From assembly GCF_963921235.1 (NCBI RefSeq), contig NC_086097.1:224876001-224940000 (forward strand): a DNA stretch of 64,000 nucleotides, in the 5' to 3' direction. The DNA comes from Mobula hypostoma. Its lineage: Eukaryota. The stretch's first letter is position 1, and each line of letters begins with the position of its first letter. This document shows positions 26,180-39,724 of this stretch, piece by piece. Under the pieces are notes generated by a model. That model was given only the letters and a program-made list of their open reading frames with translations, was not told where the DNA came from and made no database searches. The position numbers and the translations under genes are program-made.

Positions 26180-27100
26180 CTATCATCATCATGTGCCATG
26201 CTGTATGATGTGGGTGATTATACTAGAAATAGTTACTAGAACTAGGGGTCATAGCCTCAAGATTTGGGGGGGTAGATTTAGAACAGACACGAGGAGGTTT
26301 CCCCAGAGAGTGGTAAATCTGTGGAATTCCCTGCCCAATGAAGCAGTGGAGACTACTTCAGTAAATATATTTGAGCAACACACATCAAAGTTGCTGGTGA
26401 ACGCAGCAGGCCAGGCAGCATCTATAGGAAGAGGCGCAGTCGACGTTTCAGGCCGAGACCCTTCTCGGCCTGAAACGTCGACTGCGCCTCTTCCTATAGA
26501 TGCTGCCTGGCCTGCTGCGTTCACCAGCAACTTTGATGTGTGTTGCTTGAATTTCCAGCATCTGCAGAATTCCTGTTGTTTGCGAAAATATATTTGAGAC
26601 TAGTTTGGATAAAGTTTTGCATAGGGGAATTAAGGGTTATGGGGAAAAGGCAGGTAAGTGGAGATGGGTCCATGGCCAGATCAGCCATGATCTTATTGAA
26701 TGGCAGAGCAGTTTAACGGGCCAAATGGCCTACTCCTGCTTCTATTTCTTGTGTTCTTATGATCTTGGTCTCCACGACTATGACTGCTCCTGGCAAAATT
26801 ATTTTTACAGAAGTGATTTGCCATTGACGCCTTCTGGCCAGTGTCTTTACAAGGCGGGTGACACCGGCCAATATCAATACACTTCAGAGATTGTCTGCCT
26901 TGGGTCAATGGTTGCTTCACCAGGACTTGTGATGTGCACCAGCTGCTCATACGACCATCCACCACTTGCTCCCATGACTCCATGTGACCCTCATCGGGGG
27001 CCTAGCAGGTGCTACACCTTACCCAAGAGTGACTTGCTGACTAGCAGGGGGAGGGAACACTTTACAACTCCTTTGGTAGAAATGTATCTCCACCCTTCCA
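26180..27100 (-). mobile_element. SINE-like repeat with RTE/BovB-type tail, split by a CR1 fragment (~26222-26762)
   Basis: Same family at ~29408-29752(-), ~46553-46650(-), ~52660-52990(+); GGCAATGGCAA.CCA.TTC...TTGC tail motif. Confidence 0.6.
26374..26585. mobile_element. Fold-back Penelope-like terminus insertion
   Basis: 85-bp perfect inverted arms (26374-26458, 26463-26547), loop CCCT; 13-bp direct repeat AAATATATTTGAG at 26363-26375 and 26586-26598. Confidence 0.88.
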
Positions 27101-28079
27101 CTGTTATTTCTTTATTTATTCTAAATCTGGTAGTGCTGATGAGGCCTGAATTTAATGTCCTTCCCAAACTGCTGTTGAATTGAATGGGTTTCTTGCCCAT
27201 TTAAGAGTTAATCAGATTGATAGATCTGAGATCTGGAGCCAGATTGTATAAGAGCAACAGATTTCTTACCATGAAGAACATCAGATGAATTTTTACCAAC
27301 AATCCAGTAATTTATTAAGATTTCCGGATACAGAATCCCCACCGTTAATCACAATGGGCTGTCTTTGGGTGACAAAGTTATCCAAGGCTTTGCCTTTGAG
27401 TAATTATCAAAAATTTGATTGCTATGTGTTAGGAAAGACTAGCCACAATCAATATTAAAAGCAATATTGAATTAAAATCCCACAACTGATATGATGGGTT
27501 TTGAAATTAGGCCTCTTCTTTATTAGTCTAGGTCTTTAGATTACTCGTTCATTTATTTAATTGCTATATCACTTGTGTCTCTTTAAGATTCTTAAATGTA
27601 GCATTTGCAGATATCAGTAACATTTATGAGGGAGACCTGCTCTATACTAATGCCATGAATAACCTCTGGCCATGAAAACCCCTCCAACCTCATGCTGGAG
27701 GTGTAAATTGTGGATCTCTGATATCATTAAACGTAAAAACATATTTCAAACGATGGCTGGCCAAGTGTGTCTTGGGCACAACTTCCTAACGTTCTATTTG
27801 TAATGAGAGATCTCTGTCAAAATTAGGCATTATTATGCATCCCATGCTTGGGGAGATTTTGCATCCTCCACCATTGTTCCCATACTACACTGTGGTGTGG
27901 ATTCTTTTCCAAGAAAAGCAGGCTGTTATCTTTTTTTGAAAGTATTGCAAGGCTGGAATGGGAGCACAACCATGAGTAATGGTACTGTTAAGAATTTAGT
28001 GTAGCTCAATGGGATCTCCTATAATTACCATGGCTTTGTATGAACCCTAATAAATTTATTTAAAGTGAAAGTGAGTGTC

Positions 28080-28700
28080 AAGATAAGACCATAAAACAAA
28101 GAGCAGGATCAGCCCATCAAGTCTACTTTGCCATTTCATCAGGGCTGATTTTTTTTCCCCCTTTCAACCCCATTCTCCTGTTTTCTCCCCATATCCTTTC
28201 ACAGCTTGACTAGTTAAGAACCTATCAACCTCCGCCATAAATACAGCCAATGACCTGGTCTCCACAGCCACCTGTGGTAATAAATCCACAGACTCAGCAC
28301 CCTCTGGCTGAAGAAATTCCTCCTCTGTTCTAAATGGACGTCACTCTATTTTAAGACTGCCCTCTGGTCCTAGACCCCCGCATCAAAGGAAACATCCTCT
28401 TCACATCCACTCTGTCTAGGCCTTTCAACATTCGATATTTTTTAATGAGATTCTCCCCCCCCCATTCTTCTAAATTCCAGTAAGTACAGGCCCAGAGCCT
28501 TCAATTTCTGCTCATATGATAACCCCTTCGTTCCCAGAATCATTCTGAAACCACCTCTGAACCTTCTCCAATGTCAGCACATCCTTTCTTAAATAAAGGG
28601 CCTAAAACTGCTCACAGTGCTCCAAGTGAGGCCTCACTGGTGCTTTATCACATCCTTGCTCTTGCATTCTAATCTTCTCGAAATGAATATAACACATCAA
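28080..28700 (-). mobile_element. CR1-like LINE 3' fragment
   Basis: Close similarity to 460-1030. Confidence 0.8.
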
Positions 28701-30112
28701 TCCAAACCAATGTGTCACTTACCATTTTAGCAAAACTTCCACATGGATAGAGTTCATTCTCAGTTCCCTGAGCTAAACATGGTGTTTGCTGTGTGGGTTG
28801 CACTTCTGAAATTTGCTTCTGTTGACTTCCCTTTCTATCTGTAGGGGCCTGCAGATTATCCCCAGTCATGGGTGCCCTGTTAACTTTTGTAAATCATTAG
28901 GGAGTCTGAGGCAAATGCAGAGTGAGATTTTATTTCAGAAGAATCCTTCACAATAAGTTCTGATAATCTGTGGTCCCATGGCTCTGTATCATGCTCACTA
29001 GTTCTGTTTCTCATGCTCCCAATATGCATACTCATAGATTCAAAGGCTCCCTTTGATGAGCTCACCAGGGCCCTGTTTTCATTCTCCTTTTAAGCTCACC
29101 AGAGCTTTGGTTCTTTCCTGATGCCCAACTTCTCATGCTGCCTGTTGACTCAATAGGGGTCTGTTGCCGTAGTCCTTCCTGGGTTCCATTACATGCTTCA
29201 TTTAATCCTTCCTGGTGCACTGGAAAAGTTACTGTGCTTCTCTGGAGCATCTTAGTAAAAAGTGAGTTGGAACATTACTTTTCCAAAAGTCTGGGAAATC
29301 TGCCAGTCTGGCTGCACAAAATTCTGAGGGTCTCTCTATTTTAATTATTGACCCAAGAGCATTGCCAAAGATTGAGTAGAAGGAGCTACCAAAAGTTACC
29401 TTCAAGGATCATCATTATTATGTGCTGTATTATATGGTGTAGGTGATTCTAGTCCCATGACCATGATTGTTCTTGGCAAATTTTTCTACAGAAGTGGTTT
29501 GCCATTGCTAGCTTCTGAGCAGTATCTTTACAAGATAGGTGACCCCAGCCGTTATCAATACTCTTCAGACATTGTTGCCTGGCATGAGTGATTGCATAAC
29601 CAGGACTTGTGATATGCAGCAATTGCTCATATGACCATCCACCACATGCTCCCATGGGATCACGTGGCCCTGTACCTTGCCCAAGGGTGACCAGCAGGCT
29701 AGCGGAGGGAAGTAGCCTCCTTTGATACAGATGTATCTCTACCCCACCACCAGTTCAAGGAAACAAAGTCTAATCTTGGGATGAAGTGGTGTTAGAACAC
29801 AGAATAATTGGATTAGAAGCAGAAGAGATTCTGAAGATGCCGAAAATCCAGAGCAACCAACACACAAAATGCTGGAGGAACTTAGCCGGTCAGGCAGCTT
29901 CTCTGGAAATTAATAAATGGTTGATGTTTCAGGCCCAGGCTCTTAGCCCCGAATTAAAGTTGTGCATTTTGTCCTTGCTAGAAAAATATCACGAGTGCCC
30001 AAACTGGAGGTAAACCAGTGATACTTATGCAAGAGACCACAATGACTTTGGTCCTAATGAATGCCAGCAGTAACCAAGGACACGAGGCTGAGACTTTAAT
30101 GTGTGATAGATA

Positions 30113-31714
<1,602 letters not shown>

Positions 31715-32141
31715 TAAGTTGTGCTAAACCTTCCCAGAAACCTGTCTAGTGAAGTTTCATTATACTCCCTCTGCTTTAATTGTATTTGTTTTGGGTAAGG
31801 AGATAAAAGTTGTTTGCAGGTATTTGTAGAAGGGTACTTTCTCTCCTGTACTCCAATTCTTTTACACTTAGGCCAACATGCCATCTTAATTGCCTAATTA
31901 TATAAATCTATGTTTTAGTTTTCAGCAACTTGTGTACGAGGAACTCGGGTCATTCTGAATATTAACATTTATCAGTCTCTCGCCATCTAAGAAATACTGA
32001 GAATCCATTTCTCTACTGCAGTGGTTAACCCCACATTTTTCACACAGTACTCCATTGGCCTTGTTGCTGCCCCTTTGCTCAGTTTGTCACAATTCTGTGG
32101 AAACCTCATGGCATTCTCATCACTGCCCATATTTACACTTA

Positions 32142-32656
32142 AGGCTGATTTATACTTGTGCGTCAAGCTTGTGCCGTACCCTACTCAAGTGGGCAACGCC
32201 GTTGTGAGCATTTATACTTGTGCCTTGGTGTGTCTGCGTCGCTCTGCAATTTGCGCACGTCACGCATGCACACACACCTGCCTGTGCAAGGCTTCATAGT
32301 CATGGTAGTCTTTCTCGGGTAAACAAGTTTGAAGGGAATGTCTTTTTCCAATAAAAGCAAAACGTGTCCTCTATAATTTCGGAGGTCTGTAAAGCTTTAT
32401 GGAAAGCATTGCAGCCAGAGTGCCTTCCCTGCCCTTCAGTCGCCCAATGGGAAGCTATTTGCAGCGTAGGAGGATATGCGATGCTACCAAGCGGACCAAT
32501 CACATTTGTTGCGGTCTGCGTTGCCGCGACGCGTAGTTACATTTTGGGAGAGGTGCACATCAGGCTACGGCATAGGGATCGGTGTAGGCACTGCGTAGGG
32601 TTTGTGGCTATGCCGTACCTACGGCGTCGATTTGACGCAGAAGTACAAATCAGCCT
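32142..32656 (+). mobile_element. PIF/Harbinger non-autonomous copy, same family as 3156-3884, opposite orientation
   Basis: Same TIRs; flanks TTA / [34 protein letters not shown] shared with copy 1. Confidence 0.85.
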
Positions 32657-33229
32657 TAAATTTGCTATCAACAGCAAACTTAGAAATATCATGTGTGGTC
32701 CTACAGCCAAATCATTAAAGTAAATGGTGACTAGCTGGGGTCCACTAATCACAACCTTCCAACTTGAAGTGTACCTGTTTATTCCTATGCAACACTCAGT
32801 GATGGAGGTACTCAGTGAGTCAGGCAGCATCTATGGAGGGAAATGAATTTTAAACATGTTGGCTTGAGTCCCTTCATCTGGAGTAGAAAGAACGAGGGAG
32901 GTAGCCAGTATATAATAAAAAGGTGGGTGTTTTCTATTTGTTAATTAATTCTCAATGTACGTTTAATCTTATTGTCATGTGCCTGCAACCAGTGTCTCAT
33001 GTGGAACCATATATAGATTCCAGCATTCTCCCAAGTACCAATGTTAGGCTAACGAGTCAGTAGATTTCTGCTTTCTTGCCCATTTCTTTGAGGGCACTTT
33101 GCTTGTCACTCTCTATTCTGCAGGAAATATTCCAGATGTGAATAATTTCGAAGATGGTAACTAGAACATCCGTGATCATTATAGCCACTTATTTAACACT
33201 TGTGGCTGTAGATTATCAGGTTCTTGGTC

Positions 33230-34790
33230 TTAAGGCATAGAAGCAGAATTAGGCCACAATGCTCCAAGTGTGGTCTGACCAATACCTTAAAGCCTCATCA
33301 TTACATCCTTGCTCTTATATTCTATTCCTCTTGAAATGAGTGCTAACATTGCATTTTCCTTCCTTACTACTGACTCAGCCTGCAAGTTAGTGTTTAGGGA
33401 ATCTTGCACAAGGTCTTCCAAGAACTTTTGCAACTCTGATTTTTGACTCTTCTCCCTGCTTATAAAATTGTTTACACATTTATTCCCTCTAACAAAGTGC
33501 ATGACCATGCACTTCCCTACATGGCATTCCATCTGCCACTTCTTTGCCCATTTCCCCCAGACTGCCTACATCCTCCTACAGATTCTTCTTCCTCAACACT
33601 ACCTGCACCTCCACCTAGCTTTGTACCTTCTGCAAACTTGGCCACAAGGCCAAAAATTCCATGCTCCAAGTCTTTCTCATACAAGGTCTAGAATACAAGA
33701 GCAAAGAGGTGATGCTGAGGCTTCATAAGGCACTGGTGATGCCTCACCTTGAGTATTGTGAACAGTTTTGGACCCCTCATCTTGGAAAAGATGTGCTGGC
33801 ATTGGAGAGATTCCAGAGGTGGTTCACAAGGATGATTCCAGGAATGAAAGGGTTATCATACGCAGAACATTTGATGGCTCTGTACTCACTGGAATTCAGA
33901 AAGATGAGGGGGGGGGATCTCATTGAAACCTTTCAAATGTTGAAAGGCCTAGACAAAGTAGATGTGGCAAGGATATTTTGCACGGTGGGAGAGTCTAGGA
34001 GAAGAGGGCACAGCCTCAGGATAGAAGGGTGCCCTTTCAAAACGGAGATACGGAGACATTTCTTTAGACAAAGGGTGGTGGATTTGTGGAATTTGTTGCC
34101 ACATGCAGCTGTGGAGGCCAGGTCCATTTAAGGCAGAGATTGATAGGTTCTTGATTGGACATGACATCAAAAATTATGGGGAGAAGGCTGATAAATGGGG
34201 TTGAAGAGGAGATGGAAAAAAGATCAGCCATGATTGAATGGCGGAGCAGACTAGATGGGCCAGATGGTCTAATTCTGTTCCTATGTCTTATGGTCTTATA
34301 ATGTGAAAAGAAGTGATCCCAGTACAGACCCCTGTGGAACGTTGCTGTCAGAATAGCACCCCTCCCATTCCCAACATTTGTCTCCTGCCAGTCAGTCAAA
34401 CTTCTATCCATGCTAGTATCTTTCCTGTAATACCAGGGTATCTTGTTATGCAGCCTTGTGTGTAGTGCCTTGTCAAAAGCTTTCTGAAAATCCAAGTGAA
34501 CAATATCCATTGACTTTATCTACCCTGCCTGTTATTTCCTCAAAGAGATCCAACAGATTCCTCAGGCAAGGTTATCCCTTGAGGAAATCATGCTGACTTT
34601 GGCCTGCTTTATCATGCACCCACAACCTGAAACAACACCCTGAACAGACTCCAACATCTTCCCAACCATTGATATCAGGCTGACTGACCTGTAATTTCCT
34701 TTCTTCTGCCTCCCTCCCTACCTTAAAGAGTGGAATGACATTTACAATTTTCCAGTTCTCTGGAGCCATTCTGGAATCTAATGAGTCCTT
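33230..34790. mobile_element. Nested CR1-like LINEs: plus-strand 3' fragment (~33670-34282) inside a minus-strand RT fragment
   Basis: ORF 33661-34131(+) is the CR1 C-terminus with tail cctatgtcttatggtctt; minus-strand DFQKAFDK and PENWKIVNVIPLFK. Confidence 0.85.
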
Positions 34791-35421
34791 ATCGTTTTTT
34801 CCTTTGTTAACTACTTTTTTACCCGCTAGTTTTTATAATTCCTCATTCGTATTACTTTTCTAGTATTTCTGAGATGGTTTTAATCCTATTTTCTTATTCT
34901 GCCACTATAAACACCTCCATTTCTGTGTATAAGGGTCTCGCAAGCTCTTGTTCATCTTTACCATTTTGCATGCGTGTAGAAATGCTTAAGGTTCATTTCT
35001 TTTTTTACTAATTTGCTTTCATTCACTTTGTCAATTTCAGGCCATTCTTTGAATTCTAAAATGCTTCTGATTGTGTTTTGTGAAAGAATTTATTTCACAA
35101 CTTCACATTTTAAATTGCAATAAGTGAAAATGGAAACAGAAATATATAATTGGAATATAGAGATTTGGCACTACGTTTTGTTGATAAGTGCTGTGACTCG
35201 GAATTTCTAATCAAAAAAGGAAAATTAAGCCTGCATTGTGCAGTAGACAGTTTGTGTTTGGTTTGTCTGGAAGCCTTGTTCTTGTTTAATGGCTTGGGAC
35301 ATTTTTGCTGCTTTACTGTTGTTTGGACAAAGGGAGTTGTCTTTATAAGAGAGTTTCCTTGCCATTCAAGCACTGGAGCTGCTGTGAAAGGTGTAATGCC
35401 AAACTATAGCAGCAGCACCAG

Positions 35422-35434
35422 CCACTAGGGGGAG
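35422..35434 (+). promoter_or_regulatory. Candidate CTCF core motif
   Basis: CCACTAGGGGGAG resembles the CCASYAGRKGGCR core and lies in non-repetitive DNA. Confidence 0.35.
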
Positions 35435-36554
35435 AGGACAATTACAGTATGACAGGTTCATGGAAACAGTTTGCATTGTGAGTTTGAATGTGGGCAAATT
35501 TTTGCAGAAGTTATTATATTTGTGATAAAATCTGATATCAGACTTAATTGGCAGTGAATGGATGATATGTATATTACAGCAGATGGATCATGGTGAATCT
35601 CTACTATATACTATTAAAGTTGCTGTATGGAATTGGTTTTAGTGTAAACTAAACCATTTATAATAAGTGAAAATAGATATCATTTTCATCTTTGAGATCT
35701 TTTCAGTTTTCCCTGCGTCAAGAACATCTGGTCAACAATAAGAAGAGCTTCCTTAGCGTACGTACACTCAGTTACTGTATTTTCAGTGTGGAGATTTGTG
35801 CCCAGTTTCCTGGATACTTGCCATTATCTGTTTTGGTGTGTCTTGAGGGGATGGTTGTTAAAACCTATGATAGCTGATGATTAAGTTTATTGCCTAATGA
35901 GAAATTTTATTGCCTTGTTTACCACCATCTTCCATACCTTGCAAGCAAATGTCAGTTTTAAATAAACTTCTTGTGACTTGATTTGTATTCATTAGTCCCA
36001 AGTATTTTGATTAATCTCATAATTGATATTAGCTTTTGAAGATAAAATGAAGTTTTGATTACAGTATGTAGTTATTTTATTTCAGGTGTCATGTGAGCTA
36101 TGTGGAACATGATCTTAAATGGTTGTGCAATCTCGTGTATTACTAGTATAATTTGGACACTGCACACTATTGGAAATATGAAATGCTGGAATGATGCAAG
36201 ATAAGCTCTCTTATCCTGATTTACACAGCTACAGGGCAATCAGGAGCATTTGATTTTATTTGTTAAGTAACATGTAAAGTGATGCAAAATCAAAGCTAGA
36301 GATGGTGCATTACTGTGTCTTATGAAACAGTGGGATCAGCAAAATCTTAATTGCTTGTTAACTTAACATTTGCCAGAGCTGTCTATTCCCTTTAGCCTTG
36401 GCTTGACATTCCATACTGCAACTGTATTCTGTATTGGAATAATAAATTTGTGAGGACAAAGTGTGAGAAGCATTTGGTTGGTCTTCCCTCCCACACTCAG
36501 TGAAATAAACTTCAGATGTCTCAGACATGGAGAAAGAATACTTTCACCAAACAA

Positions 36555-36870
36555 TTGATTCTAGAGCGTACAATCATCACAGTGATATTTGATTCTGTGC
36601 TTCGTGCTTCCTGCAGTACAAATCGATAGTAAATATTAAAAATTTAAATTATAAATCATAGAAAATAGAAAAGGGAAAGTAAGGTAGTGCAAAAAAAACG
36701 AGAGGCAAGTCTGGATATTTGGAGGGTACGGCCCAGATCCGTGTCAGGATCCGTTCAGCAGTTGGAAAGAAGCTGTTCCCAAATTTGGCTGTATGAGTCT
36801 TCAAGCTCCTGATCCTTCTCCCCGAGGGAAGAGGGACAAAAAGTGTGTTGGCTGGGTGGTTGGTGTCCTC
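36555..36870 (-). mobile_element. Rex1/Babar-like LINE 3' end
   Basis: Minus strand HPANTLFVPLPSGRRIRSLKTHTAKFGNSFFPTA. Confidence 0.75.
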
Positions 36871-38085
36871 ATGTACTTGGCTCAGATATCACAGGGCAGC
36901 CAATAAATGTATAGCAAATGAATCGGTCTCTATCAGATGAATCACTGCTTCATGTGGAAGGAAGAGTTTGAGGCCTCAGTAGGGAGGATGCCTTCTTGGG
37001 AAAAGTGTCATGAGTAGCGAAGTAATTGTCATCGTATGATGTGGACATGGCAATGTTCAGTTCAGGTCCTATAACTCGCATGTGGGTCATAGGGGCACTT
37101 TCTTGTGTCTTGGGATGATGAGGTCTGGCAACGCCTATCCCTCTCCAGGCAAATATCCTCCAATTCGCTGACACACCCTGGTCTCGAACACGTGGTGTCG
37201 TAGTTCTTCGAGGAACGCATCTACCCCGGCCGGTGACTTCGCCAACGAGGTCCTTTGTCCGGTGGTGTCGTGTTAACACCACCACCCCACGTTGTTTAGC
37301 TCGCCAGCTGAAGCGGTGTGCCACGTGGAGGCAGGTGAGAGAGATTTAGGAATTGGATGAGGACCGGTGATGCTCGTCCACCCTATGAGGTAGAGTGTAG
37401 CTTCCAGGCAGCAAAGGTACTACCTCTATCCAGAGCCCCCTACACCCCCATGTACAACATACAAACTAGAAGGAGACCCAACTCGTTGGATGATGTGGAG
37501 GGAATTGAGCCTTTGGGATGTTTGCAAGGGAAGACTGGGGGGAGGTGTGAGAAGATGCTTGTTTTAGCATCATATTGGAGCCGGAAAGAGGGAGTTACTT
37601 AAGGAGGAGAAGTAAGAACAGAGGTCTACTGATTCTGGTTTTGATAGAACAGGGAAGGTCAGGGGGCAGGTTAACAAAGTGTGAGGTGCAGGTTTCTGTA
37701 ACCTCACACTTTATTGATTTTTGCACATTGCTGCCTTTTGCACAGTGTCTGTCAATCTTTGTGTGTAGTTTTTCATTGATTTTATTGTATTTCTCTATTT
37801 TCTGTGAATGCCTGCAAGAAAAGGCATGTCAGGGTTGTATATGGTGACATGTATGTACTTTGATAATAAATTTACTTTGAACTTTGTCAGGATTGTGAAT
37901 GGTTTGAAGCACACTTTTTAGGTGATAGTGTTCCCATGTCTTTGCTGTTCTTGTAGCTGTAGTTGGTAGTGTCGTATGTTTATAAAATGCTATCTAAGGA
38001 GACTTGGTAAGTTGCTGCAGTACATCATGTAAACGGTGCAGACTAGTTCTACTGTGCGCCATTGGTAGAGTGAGTGAATGGTTAT

Positions 38086-38438
38086 ACCCCCAGCACCCAG
38101 GGCATGCCCTTTTCTCACTGTTACCATGAGTTAGGAGATACAGAAGCCTGAAGGCACACACTCAGTGATTCAGGAACAGCTTCTTCCCCTCTGCTATCCG
38201 ATTCTTAAATGGACGTTGAAGCTTTAGGTGCTACCTCACATTTTTAATATATAGTATTTCTGTTGCACATTTTCAAAAATCTATTCAATATATGTAATTG
38301 ATATACTTGTTTATTACTTTTTTATTTTATGTATTTTTTTTTCTCTCACTGCTAGATAATGTATTGCATTGAACTGCTGCTGCTGAGTTAACAAATTTCA
38401 CATCACATGCCGGTGATAATAAACCTGATTCTGATTCT
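38086..38438 (+). mobile_element. Rex1/Babar-like LINE 3' end
   Basis: HPGHALFSLLP...RRYRSLKAHTQ.FRNSFFPSAIRFLN; tail aataaacctgattctgattct; similar copy at ~57856-58155. Confidence 0.75.
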
Positions 38439-39724
38439 AAATGGGGTGCTAATCATGTGACCTGTTATGTCCCATATGAGATTGAACTTCCTGTATGTTG
38501 CTGAAGCTGCACTTATCCAGGCAAGTGGAGAGTGTTATGTTATAATTCCAATGATTTTAGGCACTTTCTCCAGCAATTTGTTCTTTCTCCAACAATTTAC
38601 TCTTTGAACAGTATATCTCTTTCCTTCTGTGTGCCCATTTTGAAGAGAAACTTAGAAAGATGTAAGCCATACTTGATTTTTAAAAAAAAAAGAGAAAATG
38701 AGGAGTCTGTTGCTATCAGCTTCGTTCAGTCTTCCATTTACCTGCCTTGGGGCAGATGGCAGAGAACCAATACCTTTAAGTTTCAGCTTGTAACTGGTCA
38801 GGTTGCTAGGTTGTGTGCAGATACAGCTCATCTGATAATTTCTCTCCTGTTCTCAGAAAGTGAATGGAATTATTTCAAATTTCTCCAAGAATAGTCAAAC
38901 TACATTTGAAAAATAAAAATAAAAGACAAAACTGACCTGCTGAACATTTCCAGCAGAGAGGATCTGTTTTTTAAAAAAAAAGACTCAGGATTTAATCAAT
39001 TTAAGTGCCAGGCTGTTTAGGAAGATTGGGTCCAGGCCAAATCGAGGCAGCAGGGTCCAGGCCCCAGAGCATAATGAAACGATTGAACCTGATGATTGGA
39101 TGATGACTTAGGCTCCTGGCTGAATTGGAAAGGTTGGGTACAGGCTGAATCGAGGCAGTGGGGTTTGTACAGCTCACCACTCCAATCTGCACTGTGGACA
39201 GACTCTGTGTGGACTTCAGTTCAGAACACTATTTGCTTGCATTTATTGTTTGCATGATTTGTGTTTTTTTTTCCCCTGGGTGTTTGACAATCTTTTTTAT
39301 GGTTTCCTTTTGGATTTCTTTGTTTCATGGCTGCCTGTTAGGAGACGAATTTCAAGGTTGTATAAGGTACACATACTTTAATGGTGTACTTTGAAATTTG
39401 AACTTTTTGAACTTTGAAAACAGAGTTAACATTTCAGCATCTGCAGTTTTCATTTGGAGACCAAATCCAAACTGTGACCCATCATAGTTGTGGCATCAGT
39501 GGGAATTATTGCACGGTTCTCCAAGCTTCCCCTCACAGTTCCAGGGATCGGAGTACAATTTTGACTTTCAATGCTGCCAGTGCAGAGTTTGCACATTCTC
39601 TCTATGACCACATGGCATTTTAATTCCAAATGCTCCAGTTAACTCCTATAGCCCTAACATTTGCTGGTAAGTTTAATCGGCTACTGTAAATTACCTCAAG
39701 GTTAGACCATGGTACATCAGTTTA

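Noticed and set aside
26193..27183. ORFs of 134 and 192 aa as host genes
   Set aside because: They run across CR1, Penelope palindrome and SINE junctions, so they are chimeric chance frames.
36950..37324. 124-aa minus-strand ORF as a real gene
   Set aside because: Non-ATG start, no recognisable motif, and a length plausible by chance in GC-rich DNA.
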